Shown piece by piece: positions 10,902-24,519 of a DNA stretch of 64,000 bases. Positions within the stretch are counted from its first letter, which is position 1. Each line of letters starts with the position of its first letter. The notes under the pieces are model-generated. The model was given only the letters and a program-made list of their open reading frames with translations. It ran no database searches and was not told the origin of the DNA. The position numbers and the translations under genes were made by a program. Source of the stretch: Mobula hypostoma (Eukaryota); contig NC_086097.1 of assembly GCF_963921235.1 (NCBI RefSeq), forward strand, positions 56,422,001 through 56,486,000. The letters are read 5' to 3'.

Positions 10902-12505
10902 ACCATAAGACCCAGGAACAAAATTAGGTCAATTGAGTCTGCTCCGCCATTTTATCATGGCTGATCCATTTCCGTTTCAACCCGTTCTTCTGCCTTCTCC
11001 CCATAACCTTTCATGATCTGACTAATCAAGAACCTATCAACCTTTGCCTTAATATGCCCACTGACCTGGCCTCCACAGCCACCCATGGCATCGAATTTCA
11101 CAGATTCACCACCCCCTGGCTAAAGAAATCTCTGTTCTAAATGGACACCCCTCTATTCTGAGGGTTTGCCCTCTGGTAATAGACTCTCCCACGATAAGAA
11201 ACATCCTCTCCACACCCACTCTATTTAGGCCTTTCAACAGTCAATAGGTTTCAATGAGATCCATCCCCTCCGCTCATTCTTCTAAGTACTAGCGAATAGA
11301 GGTCCAGAGCCATCAAATGCTCCTCACAAGATAAACCTGTCATTCCCAGAATCATTTTCTGAAACTCCTTTGAAGCATCTCCAACATCAGCACATCCTTA
11401 GTTAACTGCTCACAATACTCCAAATGACACCTCACCAGTGCCTTATAAAGCCACAGCATCACATCCTTGTTTTTATATTCTAGTCTTCTTGAAATGAATG
11501 CTAACATTGCATTTGTCTTTCTACACCACTGACCCAACCTGCAAGTTAACCTTTAGGAAATCCTGCACAAGGACTCACATGTTCCTTTGCACTTCAGATT
11601 TTTGAATTTTGTTGTCATTTAGAAAGTAGTCTGCACTTTTTCCTGACACTATATTCCATCTCCCACTTCTTTGCCCATCTCCTAATCTGTCTAAGTCCTT
11701 CTGCAATACTAGCTGCCTCCTCACCTATCTTTGTGTTGTCTGCAAACTTGGTCACAAAGCTATCAATTCCTTCACCTAAATTATTGACATATAACGTGAA
11801 AAGAAGCAGTCCCAACACTGACCCCTGCAGAACACAACAAGTCATCGGCAACCAATTAGAAAAGGCTCCCTTTATTCCCACCCATTGTCACCCACCATTG
11901 AACCAATTCTCTATCCATGCTAGTATCTTTTTTGTAATACCATGGGCTCTTATCTTGCTAAGCAGCCTCACGTGCGGCATTTTGTCAAAGGTCTTCTGAA
12001 AATCCAAGCACACATCCACTGATTCTCCTTTGTCTATTCTGCTTGTTATTTCCTCAAAGAATTCCAACAGATTTGTCTGGGAAGGTTTTTCCTTAAGGAA
12101 ACCATGCTGAATTTGGCCTATTTTCTCATGTGCCTCCAAGTACCCGGAAACCTCATCCTCAACATTGTCTCCAACAACTTCCCAACCACTGAGATCAGGC
12201 TAACTGGCCCATAATTTCCTTCCTTTACCTCCCTCCCTTCTTGAAGACTGGAGTGACATTTGCACTTTTCCAGTCCTCCAGAACAATGCCAGAATTTATT
12301 GATTCTTGAAGGATCATTACTAATGCCTCCATAATCTCTTCAGCCACCTCTTTCAGAACCCTGGGGTGTACACCATCTAGTCCAGGTGATTTATTTACTT
12401 TCAGACCTTTCAACTTCTCAAGCACCTTCTCCATAGCGTTAGCAACTGCACTTACTTCTACCCCCACACCCCTTGAACTTCTAGCATACTGCTAGTGTCT
12501 TCCAT
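10902..12505 (-). mobile_element. 5'-truncated CR1 LINE
   Basis: (tcttatgg)-type tail; RT ORF pieces 11352-12467 (KSPGLDGVHPRVLKE, LDFQKTFDK, KFADNTK). It splits a PLE remnant (gagacacaacagactgcagat | gctggaatgtgaagcaaaa). Confidence 0.93.
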
Positions 12506-13011
12506 AGGTGCTGGAATGTGAAGCAAAAATCAAACTGCTGGAAGAACTATCTTTGTTTTCAGAAACCTTAGGAAACTCTTGCACATTAGAGAAGCATATC
12601 AATTTTATGTAATAGACAATTCTGTTCAGCAATTACTACATTGAAATCAACAACCTAAGTTTGCAGTGCGATTCCCCACATACAGCTTGCCATGTTCAGT
12701 TTCAATACATGATTCCATTGATCAGTGTTGAGTTTTCTTCATGCCTATACTTAATGGTCTTGGATTTCTGACTGTCTTGTCATTTATTTCAGCCCATTCG
12801 ATCACCTAAATCAATTCATTCATAAGAGTTAAGTTTACTTCCTTGAAAGGACTCATCAATCTGAATGAGGGAGGAGACACACTTGTTTTCATTACCCAGT
12901 AGCAAAACTAAATTCACCTATAATAAGGCAATATGTAATAAAAATTTAAAAAACACTTTCAAAGGCTTGATAAATTAAACTGTATCAGATTATTTTTATT
13001 ATTTATTGTTT

Positions 13012-13262
13012 TATTTAGACATAGATCATGGCAAAGACCCAGCCACCCCCACAAGACCCTGCTGCCAAAGTCTATACGTATGACTAATTAACTTACTAAC
13101 CCATACGATTTCAGAATGTGGGAGGAAACAGGAGCATCCAGAGAGAATCCACGCGGTCACAGGGAGAACGTATGAATGACTCACAGACTATGTCGGGATT
13201 AAACCCGAATTGCTGGTGCCATAATACCCGACATGATGCATCACGCTACCATACCATCCTTA
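13012..13262 (-). mobile_element. tRNA-derived SINE (V-SINE/HE1-like)
   Basis: Central domain tgtgggaggaaacaggagca...ccacgcggtcacagggagaacgta; degenerate A and B boxes at the right end. Confidence 0.75.
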
Positions 13263-13324
13263 CTACTTTAAGGGTAGGGAAACTGAAGGAATTCAACTTC
13301 TTAAGAGGCATTTAAGTTACATAC

Positions 13325-13517
13325 CTAACCAAAGTCCAGCAATTCCACAGAGGTAACCCCATGGCAAAGCAGAAAATGAGGACCAATACTCCACTTTTGT
13401 AAAATACAATATGACCGGTGCTGATGATATAAAAATTAAATTGAAGAAGCCCAGAGTAGAAATGAAATAGGCTGCTTCTCCAAAATTTGCACTTCCCAGA
13501 AACATCTTAAATAGGAC
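13325..13517 (-). CDS. SLC35F4: SLC35F4 coding exon (193 nt)
   Basis: Acceptor tctcttctag|GTC and donor G|gtatgt. Encodes VLFKMFLGSANFGEAAYFISTLGFFNLIFISSAPVILYFTKVEYWSSFSALPWGYLCGIAGLWL, phase 0-1. Confidence 0.97.
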
Positions 13518-15134
13518 CTAGAAGAGATTTAAGGAAACCGGATTAAGTTATTTTATAATGTGGTATATTTTGTAAGTCATAAGAACAATTGTAATTATAC
13601 CAATTAAACAGTCAAAGTTTTAATTAGATTAGTAATTTTAAAAACATTCTGGAAATGCCCCACAGGTTCGGTAGCATGTTGGAGAAAGGAAAGAGCTGAT
13701 ATTTCAGATTGATGACTTTTTGTTGCTTTAGGTATGTTCATCTGAATTTGGTCATGTACTTTATAAATTGTGGGGAGATATAGTATCCATAATATTTAAC
13801 TGAATTGGCAAAAATCAGTACAAAAACCGAACGTTGTCACTTTCAAAATGTAACATTTCATTGTTGGGACCAGCATCATAAAGATAAGGATTCATTTAAT
13901 CCCTTTATTAGAAATAAGAACATTGTGCTTCAATGAAAACTATATACATTCTAGTTTAACAGTTATAATTAGACTGTTGATATTTGAAAACTTTTCTACC
14001 ATTCTTCAAATAGGTGCACAGTTGTGATACTTAATTGGCGATCTTGAAATGTTCCCCAGTTAGAATCAAAAGTAATTACAAGTGGTGTTAAAAGGTTCAT
14101 TGAACAAATGGTCCACGATTTTCCTAATAACATGTCAACATAATAACTTGGAATAAAATATTAACCTACTCTTAAAAATAATGGTGATATTAAAAAAGCA
14201 TCAAACGGGCAGAATTGTTTTCCACATTAGAAAGCTAGCATCTGGTTTGGAAGAATCACTGTCAGCCTATCCCGTGACTTAAAGCAAATTTTAGATCAGT
14301 CTGTCCTTCATTCAATTTGTTAAGTATAAATGAGCTTTTAACCTTGTAATCAATGGTGATGTAGTCTTAAAAAAATGAAAAAGATAAAATACATCATCAA
14401 ACCACTACTTAGCATAAGTGGTATGAATCATCTGAAAACATACCTTAGCATCATTTCCATATCTGACAAAGATTATCATTGAACATATGTCAGAGTAGCA
14501 ATTTGTCTAATTTTATCCATGTCTTAACATGCAGTCATAGATTGCAAACTTAGTCAAGCAGAACAATGTACTTTTTTAAAATTTAATAGCAGTAGAGGAT
14601 AAAGGCCAAGACCCAAATAGCAGGAGATGATGTTGAAAACAGAAAACATGCTGACCAAAATCAAAGGAGAGTTACAGAATATCTATTACAAAATTTGTTT
14701 GTACTTTTGTTGTCTGTTCTGTAGTTAAATTGAGCTGAATTAACTTTAATTTTTTGCATTTGCTTTAGTCTCCCAGCTGTCTGTCCTTGTCTCCAAAATC
14801 CGATGATAATTATCGGAATAGCTATGCGACATCCACTTTTGACACAAGGCAATTCATAATACATGAGATTCACTTTTGCAAAAAAAGGTACTTATTTTAA
14901 ATATTGTTCAGCTATCTGGAGCCAGTGCTTTACAATTGAGATACAAGAGCACTGCCTTCTCCTACTATTAATGAAAATTGAAGAGGCTGATTATGCCTTC
15001 AGGATAAGGAGAATTTTAGATCTTCTACAAACTGAACAAATGCAAATGCAAATTCGGGCCATCAAGTTAACATTGAGCAACATAGCATTTGCAATTTAGC
15101 ACCCATTTTCTTCCACTTTAATTTTAAAATAATT

Positions 15135-15368
15135 TTAATTTAGAGATTAGCACAGTAACATGCCCTTCTGGTCCAGTGAGTCTGTACCACCCAATTACAC
15201 CCATGTGACCAATTAACCTACTAACCCTTACATCTTTGGGATGTGACAGTGAATCGGAGCAGCCAAGTGGGTCACAGGGAGAATGTATAAGCTCTTTACA
15301 GATGGCAGTGGGAATTGGACCTGTGTCGCAATAGCATTATGCTAACTGCTACACCACTGTGCTGCCCC
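15135..15368 (-). mobile_element. tRNA-derived SINE (V-SINE/HE1-like)
   Basis: gtcacagggagaatgtataagctc...gctaactgctacaccactgtgctgcccc. Confidence 0.75.
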
Positions 15369-16057
15369 ATTTTGTTTTACTTTTCAATTTTATTAATAAA
15401 GTAATTTTCTAAAAGATGCTTCAGATTCAGAAGTAGCATAAGCTAGCTCACTAACTCAAAGCAACTCCTGAGGAAGAAGTACTATGCAAAAAGATGCATA
15501 TCTTTTTATTTAAATATAGATTAGGAAAATGCCTCATTAAATTGCATTAATAACTTAACACCAGTAACAAAGTTTTGAAATGTTTGGACTAATTACCAGC
15601 ATTAAAATATTATTAAGCAATGCAAAGCAGAAAATAGCCACAAAGGTCACTAACCAATTCTCCTCATACCTGATATACCAGGGCACTTCAGAAGCCTTTT
15701 ATCACTTTTCATGTGACCAGCACATGATGTATACAGTATGTGCACTGCTTGAAAATTTTATCACTTCAATTTGTTCCCTGTAGCTACTGCCTGTTACGCC
15801 AACTAGTTCCCCATATTCAGGGTTATATATTTAACTTTATAACAACAAAATATAAAACTGTGGTTTTGGATTAAAGATATGCATCCATTTATTTTAAACT
15901 AAAGATAGATAGATATTAAAATTAATATTTGATAGATTTGATCTAAGGCCTGAATTTTAATTCAGAAAATGGAATGGCAAGACAATTTGAATATTCTTTA
16001 TCTTGGGGAGTCTTCAGCTCTCCAAGGTGCTGCAAAAAATCTGACTTTCTACCAGTA

Positions 16058-17950
16058 TAAGACCATAAGACAAAGGAGCAGAAGTAGGCCATTTGGCCCA
16101 TCGAGTCTGCTCCGCCATTTTACCATGAGCTGATCCATTTTCTCCTATTTAGTCCTGCTCCCCTGCCTTCTCACCATAACCTTTGATGCTCTGGCTACTC
16201 AGATATCTATCAATCTCTGCCTTAAATACACCCAATGACTTGGCCTCCACTGCTGCCCGTGGCAACAAATTCCATAGATTCACCACCCTCTGACTAAAAA
16301 AATTTCTTCGCATTTCTGTTCTGAAAGGGCGCCCTTCAATCCTTAAGTCATGCCCTCTCGTACTAGACTCCCCCATCATGGGAAACAACTTTGCCACATC
16401 CACTCTGTCCATGCCTTTTAACATTCGAAATGTTTCTATGAGGTCTCCCCTCATTCTTCTAAACTCCAAGAAATACAGTCCAAGAGCGGACAACGTTCCT
16501 CATATGTTAACCCTCTCATTCCCGCAATCATTCTAGTGAATCTTCTCTGTACCCTCTCCAATGTCAGCACATCCTTTCTTAAATAAGGAGACTAAAACTG
16601 CCCACAGTACTCCAAGTGAGGTCTCACCAGCGCCTTATAGAGCCTCAACATCACAGTCCTGCTCCTATGCTCTATTCCTCTAGAAATGAATGCCAACATT
16701 GCATTCGCCTTCTTCACTACTGACTCAACCTGGAGGTTAACTTTAAGGGTATCCTGTACGAGGACTCCCAAGTCCCGTTGCGTCTCAGAACTTTGAATTC
16801 TTTCCCCATTTAAATAATAGTCTGCCCGTTTATTTTTTTCTGCCAAAGTGCATAACCATACACTTTCCAACATTGTACTTCATTTGCCACTTCTCTGCCC
16901 ATTCTTCCAATCTATCCAAGTCTCTCTGCAGACTCTCCGTTTCCTCAGCACTACCGGCCCCTCCACCTATCTTCGTATCGTCAGCAAACTTAGCCACAAA
17001 GCCATCTATTCCATAATCTAAATCGTTGATGTACAATGTAAAAAGAAGCGTCCCCAACACTGATCCCTGTGGAACACCACTGGTAACCGGCAGCCAACCA
17101 GAATAGGATCCCTTTATTCCCACTCTCTGTTTCCTGCCAATCAGCCAACGCTCCATCCACGTATGTAACTTTCCCATAATTCCATGGGCTCTTATCTTGT
17201 TAAGTAGCCTCATGTGTGGCACCTTGTCAAAGGCCTTCTGAAAATCCAAATATACAACATCCACTGCATCTCCCTTGTCTAACCTACTGGTAATTGCCTC
17301 AAAAAATTGTAATAGGTTTGTCAGGCAGGATTTTCCTTTAAGGAATCCATGCTGAGTTCTGCCTATCTTGTCATATGCCTCCAGGTACTCTGTAACCTCA
17401 TCCTTGACAATCGACTCCAACAACTTCCCAACCACCAATGTCAAGCTAACAGGTCTATAATTTCCTCTTTGCTTCCTTGCCCCCTTCTTAAATAGCGGAG
17501 TGACATTTGCAATCTTCCAGTCCTCCGAAACCATGCCAGAATCTATCGACTTTTGAAAGATCATCGTTAATGCCTCCGCAAACTCCACAGCTACTTCCTT
17601 CAGAACACGAGGGTGCATTCCATCTGGTCCAGGAGATTTATCTACCTTTAGCCTATTCAGCTTCCTGAGTACTTTCTCTGTCGTAATTGTGACTGCGCAC
17701 ACTTCTCTTCCCTGCCACCCTTGAGTGTCCGGTATCCTGCTGTCTTCCTCAGTGAAGCCTGATGCAAAATACTTGTTCAGTTCCTCTGCCATCTCCTCAT
17801 CTCCCACTACAATTTCTCCAGCATCATTTTCTATCGGTCCTATATCTACTCTCACCTGTCTTTTACTCTTTATATACTGAAAAAGCTTTTAGTATCCTCT
17901 TCAATATTATTTGCTAGCTTCCTTTCATAGTTAATCTTTTCTCTCTTAAT
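16058..17950 (-). mobile_element. Young 5'-truncated CR1 LINE with a nearly intact RT
   Basis: 341-aa ORF 16830-17855 containing all RT motifs ([37 protein letters not shown]), downstream ORFs offset by frameshifts, and a (tcttatgg) tail. Confidence 0.97.
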
Positions 17951-18683
17951 GACTTTTCTCTCTTAATTATCTTTCATTTATTTTTATAATTCACTTTCTG
18001 TGGCCAGATATGGCTCATGTGGTCTCATACTAAATCATAAGTTAGAGAAGCAGAACTAGACCATTCGGCCTATCAGTTTAACCCACCCTGTTAGTGTAGG
18101 CTGAATCACTGCTCACAGATTTGAAGGAGCTGTGCTCAGAACCTATGGCAGAAATCCCACAGCCTTAGCGACAAAGTCCCTAAGAGCGGAACCTTCTGGA
18201 AGTTGTCCAAAAGCACACTATCTAAAAGGCATCCAGTGCCGAGGTGCTTAGTTCTAGTCCATCCAAAGAGAAAACAATTACTTCATGACTAGTCATTTGA
18301 GGGCACACAGACCAGGTTCTTTTACCTAGCCAGTTGGTTCAGGGCCTGGTAGAGCAAGCAGGAACTCTTGTTGAGTCTACCTTTGACTTTTTGAGTCAGT
18401 TATTTTTCTTAGCAATTTTTTTCACTCTGTCTAAACAAATATAGTTTCAAAGAGCAAATATCCCAAAAGAAATTGATTAGAAACCATATGTGTTGCTGCG
18501 GTCCAGCAATTGCTGCCTCGTGGGAGATTTATCAGCATATTAAATTTAGAAGGAATGCTGACACTGCTAAGAGCTAAATTAGGCCGACTGTGAAATTTGC
18601 AATCTTACTGAAGCTTGAATAATTGGTTTGAATTCAAGTTGCCTTCATGCTTCTGCTGAGATTTAACTTTTCAAAGTAGAGAT

Positions 18684-18931
18684 TATTATGTTTTCTAACT
18701 CCAAAACATGAAACTAATCAAAATAAAAACACGGAGCTAGGAATAACGAGTCTAGTTTCATTTTTACTTTAACCAAGGCATGCACATATGACGTGGTAAT
18801 ATCATGACGTATGCAATTGTCTTATTTTTACATATAACCGGTAATAAATTATGTAAATGAACAAGAATGCTTAATCAAAGAATATATTTACAATATTACT
18901 CAAATACTATTGAAATATTAAATACACAACA
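18684..18931 (-). repeat. 3' LTR of the Gypsy element
   Basis: tattatgttttctaac...aatacacaaca; adjacent polypurine tract agggaggag on the minus strand (18932-18940). Confidence 0.9.
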
Positions 18932-21466
18932 CTCCTCCCTACTTAGCTGTAAACTCCACCTCAAGATAGAATTAATCTCAGCTGTATACACAGTAGACTA
19001 TATAATACAACTACTGTACACAGACATCCACAGCATAGTAAACTTTAAATTGTCCCATTCAGGCCTAAAGATTTAATCACTGCAGAGGATTTCTTACTCT
19101 TGTGGGATAAACATCTTTTCTGACAAGAGGATCACTCTGCTTAGCAGGTGAGACGTGGCTGTGAAACAATCTCAGGTTCTGGGGCTTCCTCAGTGGTGGT
19201 TGTAGGAGCTGACTCTGGGACCACAGAAAGTGTATCTAACAGCTCTGGACACCTTCTTCTGGGTGTGTTGGCACACTGAACAGTGAATAGCAAGCTTCAC
19301 TGGATGATGTGGATCATAATGTGTGAGTACAGTATCTGCTATCACCATTTCCATTGCCTTTTGCAAAGCCACCTCACACTGCTTTGTCCATTGCTATTTC
19401 TTCCTGATCTGTAGTAATGAGTCCAAGGAGTGGAACACAGTAGCCAGGTTTGGCAGGAACCTGTTATAGTAGTTGACAAATCCTAAAAAGGACCACTACT
19501 GTGACATGTCCCTTGGCCTTGGGGAATCCACCACTGCTTGAATTTTCTCAACACACTTGTGTAATTCTTGTGCATCAATGGTGTGACCACAATAAGTGAT
19601 GCTTGGTTTAAAGCATTCACACTTGTCACGTCATGCTCCGAGCCCATAAACTGCTAATCTTATTAATGCTGTCTTGAAATTTTGGAGAAGTTCCTTGTCA
19701 TCCTTTCCTGTAACAATGATGCCATACAGGAGTGCCAGGCAGCCTTGCAATACCTGGTCCATAGCTTTCTGCCAGAGTGCAGGTGCAAATACCACTTCGA
19801 AACTAAGCCTATTATAGCGATAATAGGATCCCTTTGTGAGTGATTATGGTAAGCAACACTTTGGACATTCCTCCATCTCCATCTGTAGGTAGGCCTCAGC
19901 TAAGTCCACCTTGATGAAGTGCGTCCCTCCAAAAAGGTTCACAAAGATATTCTCTACCCTGGGCAGAGGGTACAGATCTACCTTTAGTGCTGGATTAATG
20001 GTGACTACAGGTCCTGATACATATATTCTTCTTGGCCAGTGAGACCACTGTCATTACCCATGGGCTCCACTCAACCTTGGAAAGGATTCCTTCAGCTTCC
20101 ATGCGATCTAGCTTACTGGCTGCTTTATCATGGATGGTATACGGAACCAGATGGGCTTTGCAAAACTTGAATGCAGCATTTTCATTTAACACTATTCTAC
20201 CATTGGTATGTTTGAGTTTTCCAATGCCATCCTTGAACATTGCTGTGGCATCATCATCCACTTAATTCACCTTTCTTAATTCACTTTCAATTGACTTTAT
20301 TGCAGGGGATGTGGCATGCAAATGGTGGACGGATCTCCAATCAAGTTGTAGTTGTCTAAGCCAATCATGACACCATGATGTTGGCCCTCCTGTTTTTACC
20401 ACATACAAGTCCAATGTGACTTGTTGGTTGTTGTATTTCACTGTTGCAAATGTCATTCCCACAGGAGTTACCCTTTCTCCAGTATAAGTTCTTAGTTGGA
20501 TACCTGCAGACTTCAGTTCAGTATCTTTGAAATTCTGTTCAAACTCATTTTGTGCAAAGACTGAAACAGCTGAGCCCATGTCTAATTATATTTTAATTAA
20601 TTTGCTGTTCACTTCTTTTGTTAGCCATATTGTGTGTCTCTTGTTAGCTATCTAGTCCTGTGTCACTCTCATCACTATCAGATTTTTTATTAACAGCATG
20701 CAGATTAGTGCTCTTTTTGAAACTGCAATTTGACTTCTAATAATTTTCTTTTCCTTGTTCAGCCCATTTATTTTTGTTTGCCTGAAATGCCCTTTGTACG
20801 TGTCCTCCTTTGTTGCATTTCCTGCACACTTCTCCTTTAAACCTGCATTGGTGTGGTGTATGTGAGCTCCTGCCTGCCACAATGGTAACACAATTGATTA
20901 GCCAGGCCTGCTTCTGTTAAGACGTTTTCAATTTGTTTTTGCTCACTTTCATTTTTGACTGCAACTCAATTTCATCTCTGTTCGCTGTTTCCAGTGAAAC
21001 AGCAATTTCAACTGCTCTTTTAAATGTAAGTTGTGCTTCATTTAGGAGCTCTTTTAAAATGCTTTCTTGTAAGATTCCACAAGATAAATGATCTTTCAGT
21101 GCATCAATAATACCATCACTGAACTGACAATGCTCAAACAATCTCTCAAAGTACTGTTCAATTTGCTCAGTGTATAATATCCAGCTCTCTATTGTGCAAT
21201 TGAGCATGTCTATATTTCTGATGTAGCCAGCCATTCCTGCTTTTCACTTATTTATGATTATTATCACCTGGTACTCATTGTTTATGAACCCATAAATTTA
21301 GTCCATTTCTGCCTTTTTTTTAAAACTCCTCTTGCAAAGAGAAAAAACATGATTTTTTTTTAACCAAACTGTTTCTTGCTGCACTTATTAGTTAATTCGA
21401 ATGTCTCACGTCACTTCAACAGGTAGGTAGTCATTACAGGCTCATTTAAAACATCCTCATCATGAA

Positions 21467-21699
21467 TATTAGGTTTTGAAACTAATTGAAATAAAAATAT
21501 GGAGCCAGGAATAACAAGCCTAGCTTCATTTTTACTTTAAGCAAGGCAAGCATGTATGACGTGGTAGCTTCATGACATAGGCAATTCAATTTATTTTACA
21601 TATAACCTGTAATTAATTATTTAAATAAACAAGAATGCTTAATCAAACAATATACTTACAATATTATTCAAATACTCCTGAAATGTTAAATTTACAACA
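21467..21699 (-). repeat. 5' LTR of the Gypsy element
   Basis: tattaggttttgaa...tttacaaca. The adjacent catcctcatcatga (21452-21465) is a CpG-decayed match to the 3' end of tRNA-Ser(GCU) (catcctcgtcgcca), i.e. the PBS. Confidence 0.88.
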
Positions 21700-21927
21700 G
21701 AGATGATTAGCGAATCAACAGTTTAAATGTTAAAGTTCTTAATAGGGTAGAATTTTTCATTGAGCTTCTGGTGCAAAATAGCAGATACTGCATAAATTGC
21801 CTATTAAATACTCAGTTACACTGACTTCAATAGAAATTAATAAGATAACAAATTACTGATGAAGACCACCCCAGTCAAACAATTGCCCCCAGTACCTGTT
21901 TTATTTGTTCTTTTTAATATCTAGTAG

Positions 21928-24000
21928 TTAGAATCATAGAGCAATACAGCACAAGTACAGGTCCTCTGCCCCAACCAGTCAATGCTGACCATGGTGCCCA
22001 TCCACCTAGGCCCAATTTTCTCTATACAGCTTATTCCTGCTTTTGGGGAAGTCCAGAACGAGGGGTCACAGTTTAAGGATAAAGGGGAAGCCTTTTAGGA
22101 CCGAGATGAGGAAAAGCTTCTTCACACAGAGAGTGGTGAATCTGTGGAACTCTCTGCCACAGGAAACAGTTGAGGCCAGTTCATTGGCTATACTTAAGAG
22201 GGAGTTAGATATGGCCCGTGTGGCTAAAGGGATCAGGGGGTATGGAGAGAAGGCAGGTACAGGGTTCTGAGTTGGATGATCAGCCATGATCATACTGAAT
22301 GGCGGTGCAGGCTCGAAGGGCCGAATGGCCCACTCCTGCACCTATTTTCTATGTTTCTATGTTTCTATGTCTACATCCTGCTTCTGTATGTACATATCCA
22401 AGAGCTCCTTAAATGATACTATTATACCCACCTCAACCACTTCCTCTGGCAGCTAGATCCACATACTGTACTCACCACTATCTTTGTGAAAAAGTCACCT
22501 CTCAAGTCCCTTTTAAGTCTTTCATCTTTCACCCTAAACCTATCCCTCATGGTTTTGGACTCCCCTACCTTGGCAATTTATCCAACTTCTCTATGATTTT
22601 ATAAACCTCTACAAGGTCACCTCCCATTCTCCTACACTCCAAGGAATAAAGACGCGGCGTGGCCAACCTCCCACTATAACTCAGGCCCTCTATTCTGGGC
22701 AATTATTTTCTGCATTTTTCACACTTTAATGATGTCACTCTAACACAGTACTCCAAGTGCATCACATACAACTTGCAACTTAATGTCCCAACTCAAAGAA
22801 GATCACTGGGCTTTCTTACCATCCGCTCTATCAGTGATGCTATTTTCAACAAAATATGTACTTGTACTCTTCGATCCCTCTGTCCCATTACGCTCCCTCA
22901 TGGCCTACTATTCATAGTTTAAGTCCTATGGTTTGACTTTCCAGACTGCATCACCACACTTCTCTGTACTGAAGTCCATTTGCCACACCTCAGTCCACTT
23001 CCCTAACTAATCAACATCCCCCTGTAATCTATGATATCCTTATTCATTATCAATACCTCCTAATTTTGTGTTGCCATCCACAAACTTACTGATCAAGCTT
23101 TACGCATTTGCCTCCAAATTACTTACAGTATATAAATAACAATGGTCCCAATATCACTCCTGCAGCACACCAATAGTCACCAGCCTCCATTCTGAGAAAC
23201 AACCTTCAATCACCACCCTCTGCTTCCAACCTCCGAGTCAATTGTGAATTCCCCAAACCTGACCTTCCAGACCAGCCTGCCATGCATGACCTTGTTGAAT
23301 GCCTGGTTAAAGTCCAAATAGACAACCTCCACTGCCCTACTCTCATCTACCTTTTTGGTTACCTCTTCACGTAACTCTATTAGGTCCATTAAGCATGACT
23401 TTTCATTGCCAAAGCTATGGTGGGTCCTCCTAATCGGAGTCTGTCTATCCAAATGCTGATATATCCTGTTTCTCAGAATTCCCTCCAGTAACATCCCTAC
23501 TATTGATGTCAGACTGACCAGCCAGTAGTTCCTTTGCTACCCTTCTTAAACAACGGAATAACATCAGCACCTTCCTGTCTTTAGGAATGTTGCCAATGAC
23601 TAATGATGAAGCAAATATCTCCACAAAGGTCTCCGCAATTTCTCCTCTAGCAGCCCGCGTTCTGATGGTGCAGTCAGTCAGGCCCTGGGGATTTATCCAC
23701 CTTAATGTGCTGCAAGGCTAGGAATGCCACCTCCCTGTAATATGAATTTCCCTTAAACCTTCTCCCTCATCTCTTGATTATCTAATTTCCCTTATCTTTT
23801 GATTTTCTCCTCAGTAACCATTGAGGAGAAATACTCATTAAAAATCAAATCCATCTCTTATGGCTCAACGTATAGGGGGTACTGCTGATACCTAATGGGA
23901 CATACCCTCTCCCTAACGACTCTTTTAATCTTAATATAGCTATAAAACCTCTTGGGATTTTCCTTAATCTAATCTGCTAGATCTATCTTATACCCTCTCT
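21928..24000 (-). mobile_element. Old CR1 LINE (RT region)
   Basis: 3' terminus agaatcatagagcaatacagcac; ORF 23210-23494 includes VYLDFNQAFNKV. Confidence 0.8.
22031..22371 (+). mobile_element. Young short CR1 3' end nested antisense in the older CR1
   Basis: SRTRGHSLRIKGKPFRTEMRKSFFTQRVVNLWNSLP; (tttctatg)n tail. Confidence 0.92.
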
Positions 24001-24519
24001 TTAAGAAAAACTTCAGATAGAAATCAGGAAGGTTATCAAGGAATTCACTCACCCTTGACCCCCTAAATCTGACTGTGGCATGATTGAGAATCAGACTTTA
24101 CAAACGAGAGGCTAGATGAATTGGTATATTAGAAAAGTATTTGGACACTTATGTTCACTTGACCCACCTCCAACCTTTTTCCTCTTTTTTTTTGCTCATT
24201 GGTGTAGCTTTGCTACAGGAACTACCTGATCTACTACTTTTGTGGTAATTGCTTGATGTGAATCCAACCTTCTATTTTCCCCTCAACTGTTAGTAACACA
24301 ATTCAGTTTGGTAAATATTGGGCCCACAATCTATTGACCTTTCTTGTTGCAAATGAACAGTGAATTATGTTGTTTCGTAAAATGTGACCATTTTGGCAGA
24401 AGAGATCATTTTTGGGTAGTAATGGTTTAAAAGCCAAGTCCAAATTTCAGTTACTTCTCATTTTCATAGGACACAATAGGTGAGAAGGATAGGAGAAATA
24501 CAATGGTTATGGTAGAAAT

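Larger units (their letters stand above)
18684..21699 (-). mobile_element. Internally deleted Gypsy (Mag-like) LTR retrotransposon
   Basis: Two related LTRs (18684-18931 and 21467-21699), 5-bp TSD GAGAT (18679-18683 and 21700-21704), PPT and PBS. Coding remnants: gag (20917-21234), zinc knuckle, protease (LDMGSAVSV), RT and integrase. Confidence 0.93.
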
